Below, piece by piece: positions 1 to 11,942 of a stretch of DNA of 64,000 nt; the first letter of the stretch is position 1, and each line of letters starts with the position of its first letter. The stretch comes from Leucoraja erinacea. Lineage: Eukaryota. A program made the translations under genes and the position numbers. The stretch is from positions 13,392,001-13,456,000 of the forward strand of contig NC_073384.1 of NCBI RefSeq assembly GCF_028641065.1, read 5' to 3'. The notes beneath the pieces were generated by a model that was not told the DNA's origin, made no database searches, and saw nothing but the letters and a program-made list of their open reading frames with translations.

Positions 1-497
1 CATGCCGCCCTGTCAGTGACACCCCATTTGCATTCAAAATTTGTACTGAATTTGAATTCTAGTGGGATTTCTCCAGATCGCTAATCCAACTGACTTATCC
101 TGCTCCACGGTGCCTAGAATATTTTCACAGCGGTATATTTTACCTATAATATATTTACTAGCCTCGGTAGGCTTGGATGGACAGACACTGCTGGTTGCTG
201 GATTTCACCTATTAAGTACCTCATTTAAATTCTGATCCATCTCTGTAAATATGAATAATTTAACACGTTTATTTTTCCTCTCAGTACGCCTACCATCCTC
301 CATCTCCAGTTTTTAGCACATCCTGTGCAAGGCAGCCTTTCAATCTCTGAACAGAAGGGCTGATCATTAACAGAGTTGTTTATGAAGTCACTTCTCTTCC
401 ACTCAAACAGCGTATATACAATTTATCTCAAGCTGATTTTCACCCACCTTTCTCTTGTCCTTCATTCACTAGCATCCCTCCCACAGTGACACACTTA

Positions 498-713
498 TGC
501 CCCTGTCCCACTTAGGAAACCTGAACGGAAGCCTCTGGAGACTTTGCGCCCCACCCAAGGTTTCCGTGCGGTTCCCGGAGGTTGCAAGTGGTTGCAGGTA
601 GTGGAAGTGTGTAGGAAGACTGACAAAAACTTCCGGGAACCACACGGAAACCTTGGGTGGGGCACAAAGTCTCCAGAGGTTTCCGTTCAGGTGTCCTAGG
701 TGGGACAGGGGCA
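498..713. mobile_element. Hairpin MITE, PIF/Harbinger-type
   Basis: ~85-bp terminal inverted repeats (TGCCCCTGTCCCAC... / ...GTGGGACAGGGGCA) flanked by TTA at 495-497 and 714-716; no ORF. Confidence 0.8.
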
Positions 714-1029
714 TTAGTTTAGTTTGGAGATACAGTAAGGAAAAAAGGCCCTCAAGCCCACCGGATCTGCACCAACCATCAATCACCTGTTCACACTACT
801 GCTAAGTTATCCCACTTTCTCATCCTACCCGCTATGGGCGATTTACACAAGCTGATCATCCGACCAACCTGCGCGCCTTTGGGGTGAGGGAGAAACCGGA
901 GAAATCCCACGTGGTCACGGTGAGAATGTACAAACTCTATGCAGGCAGCACCCGAGGTCAGGATCGAACCCGGGTCTCCGCCGCTGTAAAGCAGCAACTC
1001 TACCGCTGCGCTACCATGTGCCGCACCCT
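714..1029 (-). mobile_element. tRNA-derived SINE (HE1/V-SINE-like)
   Basis: tRNA-like head (GGTAGCGCAGCGGTAGAG, GGTTCGATCC), shared central domain, CR1-like tail ending (CTAAA)n. Confidence 0.8.
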
Positions 1030-1174
1030 TGCTGCGTTCCAGCAAAGCCCTTTGTAAGTTCAAAGGACACACTTCCCCCTTCTGATCAGCAACATTACCA
1101 ATTTCAGATAACCAGCCTTTCCCGTTTGTGTAGGATCCGGCCAGCTCGGTGAAAGATCATCATCCCATCACGTT

Positions 1175-1710
1175 ATCTAATCTGAGGAAGGACATTCTTG
1201 CCATAGAGGGAGTACAGAGAAGGTTCACCAGACTGATTCCTGGGATGGCAGGACTTTCATATGAAGAAAGACTGGATAGACTTGGTTTGTACTCGCTAGA
1301 ATTTAGAAGATTGAGAGGGGATCTTATAGAAACTTACAAAATTCTTAAGGGGTTGGACAGGCTAGATGCAGGAAGATTGTTCCCGATGTTGGGGAAGTCC
1401 AGAACAAGGGGTCACAGTTTAAGGATAAGGGGGAAATCTTTTAGGACCGAGATGAGGAAAACATTTTTCACACAGAGAGTGGTGAATCTCTGGAATTCTC
1501 TGCCGCAGAAGGTAGTTGAGGCCAGTTCATTGGCTATATTTAAGAGGGAGTTGGATGTGGCCCTTGCGGCTAAAGGGATCAGGGGGTATGGAGAGAAGGC
1601 AGGTACAGGATACTGAGTTGGATGATCAGCCATGATCATATCGAATGGCGGTGCAGGCTCGAAGGGCCGAACGGCCTACTCCTGCACCTATTTTTTATGT
1701 TTCTATGTAT
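1175..1710 (+). mobile_element. CR1-clade LINE 3' fragment (HER1-like)
   Basis: ORF2 C-terminus EGVQRRFTRLIPG...RRLRGDLIETYKI...VVNLWNSLP and 3' tail (TTTCTATG)n. Confidence 0.9.
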
Positions 1711-2102
1711 TTTCTATCTCTCTTTAACCTCTCTCCACCTGACCTGTTGACTATTTCAAATGTAGACAAAAAAGCTGGAGAAACTCAGCAGGTGAGGCAG
1801 CATCTATGGAGCGAAGGAATCGGTGACATTTCGGGTTGAGACCCTTCAAGAAAGGGACAGATCAGCTGTGATTAATGATACGCCACCATCCTCGCTCAGC
1901 CAGCGCCACAACCGCCTGTGTCATTCAGTCTCTCTGGTCTCCATCGGTTTCCAGACACTCCCTGTGTCCCCTCCACCCTTCTCTGCTCCCAAAACACTTG
2001 ATTTCAAACTTTTCTCAATTCAGGTGAATGGGTATCGGCCCAAAACATTAACTCGGTTTCGCCTTCCAGGGGTGCCGCCTGTCCAGTATTTCCAGTGTCA
2101 TA

Positions 2103-2307
2103 AGGAACTGCAGATGCAGTTTTACACCGAAGATGGACATAAAATGCTGAAGTAACTCAGCGGGTCAGGCACCATCTCTGGAGAAAAGGAATAGGTGACG
2201 TTTCGGATCGAGGTCTGATGAAGGGTCTCGACCCAAAACGTCACCTACTCCTTTTCTCCAGAGATGCTGCCTGACCCGCTGAGTTATTTTCCAGCATTTT
2301 CTGTCTA
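2103..2307. mobile_element. Foldback Penelope-pLTR-derived short element with degenerate hammerhead motif
   Basis: Left arm is the reverse complement of the right arm; CTGATGA-AGGGTCTCGACCC-AAAAC-GTC at 2215-2242 (G12 mutated); arms match the terminus of the PLE at 63760-63860. Confidence 0.75.
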
Positions 2308-2544
2308 TTTTCTGAGTATTTCCAGGATTCCACATATTTCTCCTCAACTTGCTTGATTTGATTTGCCCCTTTGTTGCCACCATCAATCCTGCCAAAACGA
2401 AACGTCTCCAAGTTGCGTGCGACCTGGCAGGTCACTGGTCATATTAAAATCCCTACGATTGTTTGAAAAAGATTCTGCAAATCCAGCTGTCCTCCATAGA
2501 ACGTATAAAAGGATAGCAGAAAATGTCCATTCAACTTCGCACAG

Positions 2545-2825
2545 TGGAACCGCTGCCTCATAGCGCCAGAGACCCAGGTTCGATCCTGAACTCGTTTGCA
2601 GTCTGTACGGAGATTATACGTTCTCCCTGCGAGTTTTCTTCGGGTGCTCCAGTTTTGTCCCACATACAAAGATGTGCAGGTTTGTAGGGTAACTGGCCTC
2701 TGTAAATTGTCCCCAGTGTGAAGCAGCGAATACAAAAGTGGGATAACACAGAACTAGTGTGAACGGGTGATCGATGGCAAGTGTGAAATCGGTGGGCCGA
2801 AGGGTTTGTTTCCTTGCTGTATCTT
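2545..2825 (+). mobile_element. HE1/V-SINE-like SINE
   Basis: Same head, body and tail as the other copies; 5' end eroded. Confidence 0.7.
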
Positions 2826-3163
2826 ACATTCAATCCAATAAGATCATAACTAATCTGTTATCTCAATGCCACTTTCCTGCACTAAGCCAAGAGCGCTTGA
2901 TTGCTTTAGTATTGATCTTAGCTTTAAATGTACTTGGCAAATAAGCCTCCCTTACGCTGAGAAAACCAAAGAATTGTTGCTGTCTGGTTAAAGTAAATTT
3001 TCATCTCTGTCCTGAAATGGCCGCCCCTTGTCATTTTGGACATTGGACCTTATTTCTTGGGACATATGGGCTTCGTCCACCTTTTAGTTCTAATTTTTAA
3101 ATTACACCCAAGACCTGCATCTACTTTTGGGCGGGTAAATGGAGTGGGGATTTTAACGGAATC

Positions 3164-3490
3164 AGGGCAGCACGGTGGCGCAGCGGTAGAATTGTTGCCT
3201 TACAGCGAATGCAGCGCCGGAGACCCACATTCAATCCAGAATATGGGCGCTGTCTGTACAGAGTTTATACACTCTCCCCGTGACCTGCGTGGATTTTCTC
3301 CGAGACCTTTGGTTTCCTCCCACACTCCAAATACGTACAGGTTTGTAGGTTAATTGGCCTGGTAAATGTAAAAATTGGCCCTAGTGGGTGTAGGAGAGTG
3401 TTAATGTACGGGGATCGCTGGTCGGCGTGGACCCGGTGGGCCGAAGGGCCTGTTTCCGCGCTGTATCCCTAAACTAAATCTCTAAACTAA
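3164..3490 (+). mobile_element. HE1/V-SINE-like SINE
   Basis: GGCAGCACGGTGGCGCAGCGGTAG head; GGGCCGAAGGGCCTGTTTCC...(CTAAA)n tail. Confidence 0.85.
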
Positions 3491-4091
3491 AAACAGGTGC
3501 TGTCTGTATGGAGTTTGTACATTCTCCCTGTGACCACGTGGGTTTTCTCCGGGTGCTCCGGTTTCCTCCCACGCTCCAAAGGTTTGATCTCGCTGGAACA
3601 TGGGGAGGCTGAGGGGTGATGTGACAAAGGTTCGTCGAGCTTTGAGGTAGTGTCCTTTCGGAGTGTAGTCATCAGAATGTAAATCAATATGGGCATAGAT
3701 TAAATGCATCGTGGCCTTGCTTTATAACAGGAGAATGGGTTTGCTGTGTAAAGGGGGAGAATATTATTAATAAAGCCAAATGTAATTGTTATTCACAGTG
3801 ATAGAACTTACACCTCCGCTCCTGATTCACCTTAATCAGCATCGGAATAACTCACTGACACAAGATTCCTACACACTTTTCTTTTATTCTCCAAGTACAA
3901 TGTGATTTATCACCCTAATGTATTAACAATTCCTTCCCATTCGCACCAAGGTATCTTCAGTCACCCATTCCTAACTACTCACTCTCTCTCCTCATATGGC
4001 TGTCCCAATAGTGGCCAATGGCCCAAACCCTTTGCCAATCTTCCTTACGATCGTGCTTCTTTCATTCCCATTTCTATCAAAGCCATAATGA

Positions 4092-4390
4092 TGGCACAGT
4101 GGTGCAGCGATAGAGTTACTGCCTTACAGCGCCAGAGACCCGGGTTCAATCCTGACGACGGCCATTTCTGTACTGGGTTTGTACACTCTATCTGTGACCA
4201 CGTGGGTTTTCTCCAGGTGCTCCAGTTTCCACCCACATACCAAAGATGTGTAGGTTTGTAGGGTAATTGTCTTCTGAAAATTGCCCCTGGTGTGTAGGAT
4301 AGAACTAGTGTATGGGTGATTACGGGTCGACTCGGACTTGGTGGGCCGATGGGCCTGTTTCCATGCTGTAATCTCTGAACTAAACTAAAC
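4092..4390 (+). mobile_element. HE1/V-SINE-like SINE
   Basis: Full-length similarity to the 3164-3490 copy. Confidence 0.8.
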
Positions 4391-5713
4391 CATGTGAAAT
4401 AGGATCAGTGGCCGGTCTCTTTAATTTGACTGGTGTCAACTAACCAGAATTCCATTTGGAATATTTTGGAGGACCAAGAACCAGGAACCAGAAGGATCAA
4501 AACATATTTAACACTTTCAGATCCATCTATAAACGCACATTAAAGTCATCAGTTTATCCAAAGCAAGAGCTGACCAAAATATTTTCGAGGGTGGAATCTT
4601 GTTCACGATAATCCTCCTGTACGATGACCATTTGTTTCAATTCCAGGGGTTGGGCTTTTCAATAATTTCTCCAGCCGACAGATTTACAGGATTAGATTAC
4701 CTCTCAGGTTAGGTACCAGCTCAGTTGTCTCCGAGTGTGGAAACAGGCCCTTCGGCCCAACTTGCCCACAGTGGCCAACGAGCCCCAGCTACACTAGTCT
4801 CACTTGCCCACGTATGGCCCATATCCCTCCTAACCTGTCCTATCCATGTACCTCTCTAACCGTTTCCTAAACATTGGGATAATCCCTGCCTCAACTACCT
4901 CCTCTGGCAGCTCGTTCCATACACCTGCCATCCAAGAGAGTGGTCAAAGATTTGAACCCTGGCTCTACAGAGGCTCCGGTGCTGCACTGAGGGGCCACGG
5001 CTCCGATGAAGATGTTGCCTTTCAAACTGAAGCCCTGTCTGCCCTTGCTTGACGTGGCATTATCTCCCAACCTACCTCGTAGCACCCCCTGCACTTTTTT
5101 TTACCTGCACTTCCTCTATTACCGCATCACTTTTAACGCTGCAGCCCTATGTTCTGCAACCTGGTATTTTTCACTTGGTCATACCTTATGATTTGATTTG
5201 ACTGGATCGCATACAGACAAAGTTGTTCACGATATCCCAGTACACATGACAATAACATATCAACACCAGTAACAAATAGAACATAATGCTTTCATTCTCT
5301 CAATTTGCACCAATAAAAAAATATCTGATATTCATGGGGGTTACAAAGAGGTAGTCACAGAGACATTCAGCACAGAAACAGGCCCTTCGGCCCACTATGT
5401 TTATGCCGACCATCATGTTCGATCCCGACTATGGATGCTGTCAATACGGAGTTTGTATGTTCTCCTCGTGACCGCGTGGGTTTTCTCCGAGAGCTTCGTT
5501 TTTAAAATAAATTGTTTATTTAACGTCAGCGACACCGGGCGTCACCCGCAAGACAGCATACGTCAGCGTGTAACAGGGGGCATGACATGAAAAGACACCC
5601 AGATGTTGCCTGAAGATTGAAAATGTCGCCCAAGTGGGACAAGCCCTTAAGACATCTTAGTCAGATTAGAGGCCTGTGTGTGACCTGTGGTGTGTCACAT
5701 TGGTGTTCATCAT

Positions 5714-6026
5714 TTAGAGTTTTGGTTTTAGAGATACAGCGTGGAAAGAGGCCCTTCGGCTCAACGAGTCTTTGCTGACCATTGATCCCCATACACTAAC
5801 ACCATCCTACACACACTAGGGACAATTGACATTTACACCAAGTCAATTTGCCCACAAACCAGTACGTCTTTGGAATGTTGGAAGAAACTGGAGCACCCGG
5901 AGAAAACCCACACGGTCACAAGGAAAATGTACAAACTCCGTTGAGACAAGCACCCGTAGTCAGGATCGAACCTGAGACACTGTCGCTGTAAAGCAGCAGC
6001 TCTTCCACAGTGCCACCATGCCGCCC
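5714..6026 (-). mobile_element. HE1/V-SINE-like SINE
   Basis: Reverse-complement similarity to the other copies. Confidence 0.8.
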
Positions 6027-6029
6027 AAT

Positions 6030-7260
6030 CTATAAAAATGGTTTAGAGAAGAATGTACAAGGCATGGTTCGTATGTTTGCAGATAGAACTAAAATAGTTA
6101 TAAAGTAAATGGCGAAGAAGGTTATCAACAATTACAGCGGGATCTCGATCAACTGGGTAAGTGAGCTGAGGAATTGGAAAGTGCATTCAATTTTGACAAG
6201 TGTGAGGAGTTGCATTTTGGGGGGTCAAACCAAAAATAACGGTTAAGGGTGGCACACCGGCAGAGTTGCTGCCTTACAGCACCAGAGACCCAGGTTTGAT
6301 CCCGACTATGGGTGCTGTCTGCACAGAGTTTGTATATTTTCCCCGTGACCGCGTGGGTTTTCCCCGGGTGCTGCGGTTTCCACCCACATTCCAAAGACGT
6401 TCAGGTTTGTGGGTTAATTGGCTTCAGTAAGAGATTGCAAATTGTCTGTGGTATGCCGGATAGAGCTAGTGTGCGGGGATCGCTGGTCGGCGCGGACTCG
6501 GTGGGTCAAAGGGCCTGTTTCCACGCCGTATATCTAAACTAAACAACAGGACAGTGAACTGTAGGGCCCCTGGTGGGTGTTGTCACACAGAGGGACTTTG
6601 GAGTACAAGAATATAGTTCCCCAAAAGCAGCATTGTAAGTAGATGGGGTATTGAAGAAAGGTCTCGGCCCGAAACATCAACCGTTCCTTCTCTCCAGAGA
6701 TGCTGCCTGTCTCGCAGAGTTACTCCAGCATTTTGTGTCTATCTTCGTGTTGAAGGCGGCGCATGGCATGACGGCCTTCATCAGACAGGACACTGAGTAT
6801 AGGAGTTGGGACGTGATGTTGCAGTTGTACAGGGACGTTGATGAGGCTGCATCTGAAGTACAGTTTTGTACTCGTGTACAGTTCCCCTACTGTAGGGAAA
6901 GTGTCATTAAGCTAGAAAGTGTGCAAACAAGATTTGCAGGGATTTTGACAGGACTCCTGGGCCTGAGATGTGGGGAGAAGTTGGGAAGGCTGGGACTTTA
7001 GCAGCAGAGGGGACTGAGGGGTGCCCTTATAGAATTGTGTAGAAATACGAGGGGCCTAGAAAAGGTGAATGCACACAATCCTTTACCCAAGGTAAGTGAA
7101 CTAGAACTAGAACTAGAAGCTTTAAGATGAGACGGGAAAGATTTAAAAGAAACCTGAGGGAGAAACCTCCTTACACGGATGGAACAAGCTGCCAGAGAAA
7201 GTGGTTAAGGTGGGTACAATAACAGCATTTAAGACATTTGGACAAGAACATAGATAGAAG
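6030..7260 (+). mobile_element. Decayed CR1 LINE fragment interrupted by a SINE (6247-6545) and a PLE-derived hammerhead element (~6651-6745)
   Basis: CR1 RT remnants (FAD.TK, LQ.DLD, LESVQ.RF) continue across both inserts. Confidence 0.7.
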
Positions 7261-8470
7261 GCATGGGGACAGCGGCAGAGTTGCTGCCTCAGAGCGTCGG
7301 AGACCCGGGTTCAATCCACACCACAGGGGCTGTCTGTACAGAGTTTGCACGCTCTCACTGTGACCGCGTGGGTTTCCTCCGGGTTCCACCCATATCCCAA
7401 AGAGGTGCGGGATTGTTGGTTAATTGGCTTCTGTAAATTGCCCCTAGTGTTGGATGCGGAAGTGGGAATAGCAGGGATACGACCCATCGCCAATACATCT
7501 ATAAACAATATGTAGTAAAGAACTGCAGGTGCTGGTTCGCACCGAAGGTAGACACAAAATGCTGGAGCATTGACGAAGAGAAGGAGGTGGGAGTCCAGTT
7601 CTGGAACAGGGAAGGGGAGGGGAGAAAGGGGGTGGAAGGGGAGGGGTGGAGGGGAGTGGAGAAAGGGAGGCACGGTGTCGAAAGGGGGGATAGGGCTGGT
7701 AGTTAGTTACCTCAGAGAGTCAGGGGAGGTAAGAGGAAACTAGAGGTAAGACTTCGACCCGAAAAGGTCACCTTCTCCTTTTCTCCAGAGGTGCTGCCTG
7801 AAGCCTCTAAGTGGCTCTAGCATTTTCGTGCCTACCTCTGCGAACAACGTTCACACTCACGCACAGTTTCTACTCGGAGCACCATAACAAACAGCAGGGC
7901 AGTGTTGTCCCACTTGCACCACACACTGTCTTGACGGGTAGGTCACACCAAGATGAAGTGGGGGTGGGTTCAGGGACAACACGTCTGCACAGCCCCCCTG
8001 TGGCATGGATTTGGAATAGTGCTAACTCCCCTCCTGTCTGTGAACAACCACCAGCTGAACAGCGAGATTGCAGGCATGCAACCTTACCCATTGCAGTACT
8101 GCGAATGTCAAGGGATGTGGGGAGAAAGCAGGAACGGGGTACAGATTTAGGATGATCAGGCCATGATCACATTGAATGGCGGTGCTGGCTCGAAGGGCCG
8201 AATGGCCTACTTACTCCTGCATCTATTTTCTGTTTCTAAATGTCACGCCTCTAGTGCTGTCATTGCCTGCTGTTGATTTTTTGTTTGTTTCTCTGCTCCT
8301 CCCTCCCCTCCCCCCGTGCTGGGAATTAATGGGCTTTGGGCTGGAGGTTGCAAGGAGAGAGCTGGCACACCTGCTACATACAGCTGGCAAGGACCAAGGC
8401 TGGTGAGAAGCTACAACCCACCCTCCACGGTTCAGCTGCAAAGCGTAGGCCAGACAGCGAGGCTAAAGCG

Positions 8471-8517
8471 AGCAGCAGCAGTAGTAGTAGTAGTAGCAGT
8501 AGCAGCAGCAGCAGCAG
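8471..8517. repeat. Compound (AGC)n/(AGT)n microsatellite in DTD1 intron 1
   Basis: Directly visible; accounts for the poly-S, poly-L and poly-A runs in the ORF track. Confidence 0.9.
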
Positions 8518-8546
8518 CCCAGGGGGCTCAGACAGCTCACACTCAC

Positions 8547-8589
8547 CTGTAACACTGGCCTTTGCAACCCTCTGGATAATGGCCTTCAT
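8547..8589 (-). CDS. DTD1: D-aminoacyl-tRNA deacylase 1, first coding exon (rest of gene not found in window)
   Basis: GCACC-ATG context; MKAIIQRVAKASVT matches the DTD N-terminus; 43-nt phase-1 exon ending AG|GTGAGT; lies downstream of SMIM26 on the same strand as in human. Confidence 0.85.
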
Positions 8590-8765
8590 GGTGCAGCAGC
8601 CGAGTGGACGTGTGTATGTATATGTATGTGTTGTCCCCGGGATCTTCCTGGCTGCCTACAGTCGCAGTCTCCAACCAGACAGAGATGGTGGGAGGGAGGG
8701 GTGGAGAAACATCGACGCAATGTTTCCCCTGCTGGACTGGAGTTGTGATGCACATGGAGTCTGTC

Positions 8766-8767
<2 letters not shown>

Positions 8768-8807
<40 letters not shown>
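8768..8807. repeat. (CA)n microsatellite upstream of DTD1
   Basis: About 20 CA units. Confidence 0.95.
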
Positions 8808-8809
<2 letters not shown>

Positions 8810-9175
8810 GAAAGAGCCCCCCCCCCTCCCCCCCAGCCTCTGTGTTTGCATTTACAAAGCTCTTCCATTCTCTTTGTGCATAGACTTTATCCATCAACAA
8901 ATATGGAGAGAAAATGCAATACAATCAGTGTATATATATTTTTTCTTGAGATACACGGGTGTCATTGTTTATAGTGCCAGCAAAGATGCTGCCTGTCCCG
9001 CTGAGTTGCCCCAGCATTTTGCGTCTCTCTTCTGTATGAACCAGCATCTGCAGATCCTTCCTACACGCTAACAATGCTGTGTTCCCTTTATTATCGTTAC
9101 ATTTTTGTATATTCATTTGTTCTATATCTCTCTATATCACCGTCTAAAACTCTCGTTTCCCTTTCCCCTAACCCT

Positions 9176-9312
9176 CAGTCTGAAGAAGGGTCTCGACCCG
9201 AAACGTCACCTATTCCTTCTCTCCAGAGGTGTTGCCTGACCCGCTGAGTTACTCCATCTTTTTGTGTCTGAATCTTCGGTTTAAACCAGCATCTGTAGTT
9301 CCTTCCTGCACA
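9176..9312 (+). mobile_element. PLE pLTR-derived element with intact minimal hammerhead core (9180-9207)
   Basis: CTGAAGA-A-GGGT CTCG ACCC-GAAAC-GTC. Confidence 0.75.
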
Positions 9313-9686
9313 AATTGGGGAATTGCTGGGGAATTCCTGGGGAATTGCCTCAGCGCAGAGGGAGAAGAGGGAAGAGACTGCAGCCCTAAGATTTTTGCCT
9401 CCACCACAGTGAGGAGGTGTTTGGAGGACTCACTGTGGTGGATGTTAATTTGTGTTTATTGTTGTTTATTATTGTATCATTGTATGTATGACTGCAGGCA
9501 CGAAATTTCGTTCAGACCGTAAGGTCTGAATGACAATAAAGGAAATTCAATTCAATTCAAAACCAATACTTTCGTTGTGTGTAAGCGCGCAGGGATCTGG
9601 AATAACTCAGAAGGAATCCAGAATTTCTTTCCTTTCCCTTGTCGGTGGGTTTGAAGATAATGTCGGGATTGTTGCAGAGTATTGCA

Positions 9687-9950
9687 AGTCTGAAGAAGGG
9701 TCCTGACCCGAAACGTCACCTATTCCTTTTTTCCAGAGATACTTTCAAGAGAGCGCTAGATAGGGCTCTTAAAAATAGCGGAGTCAGGGGATATGGGGAG
9801 AAGGCAGAAACGGGGCACTGATTGTGGATGATCAGCCATGATCACATTGAATGGCGGTGCTGGCTCGAAGGGCCGAATGGCCTACTCCTGCACCTATTGT
9901 CTATTGTCCATACTGCCTGACCCGCTGAGTTCTTCCAGTTTTTTTGTATC
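9687..9950 (+). mobile_element. PLE pLTR-derived element with intact hammerhead core (9690-9717), split by a CR1 3' end
   Basis: CTGAAGA-A-GGGT CCTG ACCC-GAAAC-GTC; CR1 tail at 9744-9909 flanked by ATACT (9739-9743, 9910-9914). Confidence 0.7.
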
Positions 9951-11089
9951 CATCTGCTGGAGTAACTCAGCGTGTCAGGAAGTATCTCTGGAATGGCCCT
10001 TCTTCAGACTGATTGTTGGGGGGTGCAGGGAGAAAACAATTGGAGGGAGAGACAGGGCAGGGCATTGTAGGTGGGCATAGGCGAGATGCGGGGGGGGGGG
10101 GGGGGGGTTTGTTGGTTGGCAGATGGTTGGGACACAAGCCAGAGATATGAGTAGAATATGTGTAACAGGTTTGAAATGTAACACATTGTGAAACCAGAGG
10201 GAGGAAAGTAACAGAGGAAAGGGGGGGGGGGGGGGGGTAGGCAGAAATAGGTGGGAGTCCAGGTTGGGCACAGGGGAGGGAAGGGAGGGGAGGGGCGGCA
10301 GAAAGGGGGAGGCATGTGGGGTAGAAAGAGGGGTGTGGTGTAGAAAGAGGACAGGGGGATGCTAGTTAGAGGTTACCTAAAATTGGAGAATTCAATGATC
10401 CCTCTCCACTAACTCGCAATCTGAAGGCTCTCGAACCGAATCGTCACCTGGTCCTTTTCTCCAGAGATGCTGCCTGACCCGCTGAGTTGCTCCAGCTTTT
10501 TGTGTCTATCTTCGGTGTAAACCAGCAGCTGCAGTTCGTTCTTACACTATTATACGGGAGTGGACAGTGACTCAGTCTATATCTGATGACACAAATGCTA
10601 CACAAAGAGCCGTGGATTGCAGCGGGCCGGCCCACAGCGGTGGAGGGACTATGGAGGACATTAAGAGCATCGGCAGGGCGAACACTGCAACTGCGGCCCA
10701 ATGCCGTTGCCTTTCGGGTCAAGATAAGACTCTGTTCAAAATAAGGCTCTGTTTGAAGAACCTGAAACTTGAAGGGAGTAAACTGGTGCTGGAAACATGG
10801 TGACTCTCTGTGTACTGCCTCGGTGAAGTCTTTTGTCGGTACACTTGAATAATTGCAATTTTGTATGCGTTTATGGTTGTGCTTGTGTGCTGTACAGTAG
10901 AATTTTACTGAATAATAAATAAAACAAAGAAGTTCACAGTTTTCACTGTATTTATTGTCACAAGTACACGTGGCAATACATTACCATTGAACCGTTGGCA
11001 GGGGGTGGCCTGAGTTTTGTTTAAGCCAGAAATCGAAGGTGCCAAGGGATTTGGGAGTGCTGGTGCAGGATTCCCAAAATATGTATTTG

Positions 11090-11450
11090 AAACATAGAAA
11101 TAGGTGCAGGAGTAGGCCATTCGGCCCTTCGAGCCTGCACCGCCATTCAATATGATCTGGCTGATCATCCAACTCAGTATCCCGTACCCGCCTTCTCTCC
11201 ATACCCCCTGATCCCTTAAGCCACAAGGGCCACATCTAACTCCCTCTTAGATATAGCCAATGAACTGGCCTCGACTACCTTCTGTGGCAGAGAATTCCAC
11301 AGATTCACCACTCTCTGTGTGAAAAATGTTTTTCTCATCTCGGTCCTAAAAGACTTCCCCCACTTATCCTTAAACTGTGATCCCTTGTTCTGGACGTCCC
11401 CAACATCAGGAACAATCTTCCTGCATCTAGCCTGTCCAACTCCTTAAGAA
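11090..11450 (-). mobile_element. CR1 LINE 3' fragment
   Basis: Reverse complement nearly matches 1340-1710. Confidence 0.85.
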
Positions 11451-11942
11451 TTTATTTTTTTTGCAAGTCGAATCAGCATTAAGAAAGGCAAACGCAATGC
11501 TAGTGTTTATTTCAAGAGGACTAGAATACAAAAACGGGGATTTAAGGCTCTGGAGAGGATCCAGGGGAGGTTTGCAACAATGATCACAGGAATGAGTGGG
11601 TCAATATATGATGAGCGTTTGATGGCACTGGGCCTCTGCTCACTGGAGTTTAGCATCTGGGGGAGGGCCTCATTGAAACTTACCGAATGGTGAAAGGCCT
11701 GGATAGAGTGGATGTGGAGAGGATGTTTCCACTAGTGGGAGAGTCTAGGATCAGAGGTCATCACATCAGAATTAAAGGATGTTCCTTTAGGAAGGAGATG
11801 AGGTGGAATTTCTTTAGTCAGAGGTGGTGAATCTGTGGAATTCATTGCCACAGAAGTCTGTGGAGGTCAAGTCAATGGATATTTTTAAGGCAGAGATAGA
11901 TGGATTCTTGATTAGTACAGGTGTCAGGGGTTATGGGGAGAA

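Noticed and set aside
3164-3245. tRNA-like sequences with A/B boxes (also at other SINE heads)
   Set aside because: They continue into the SINE body and tail and do not form complete cloverleaves.
1-8540. DTD1 exon 2 and later exons
   Set aside because: No matching peptide found by eye on the minus strand; probably beyond the window, though a missed short exon cannot be excluded.
8336-9071. 212-aa and 155-aa ORFs with poly-S and (HT)n runs
   Set aside because: Produced by microsatellites around DTD1 exon 1.
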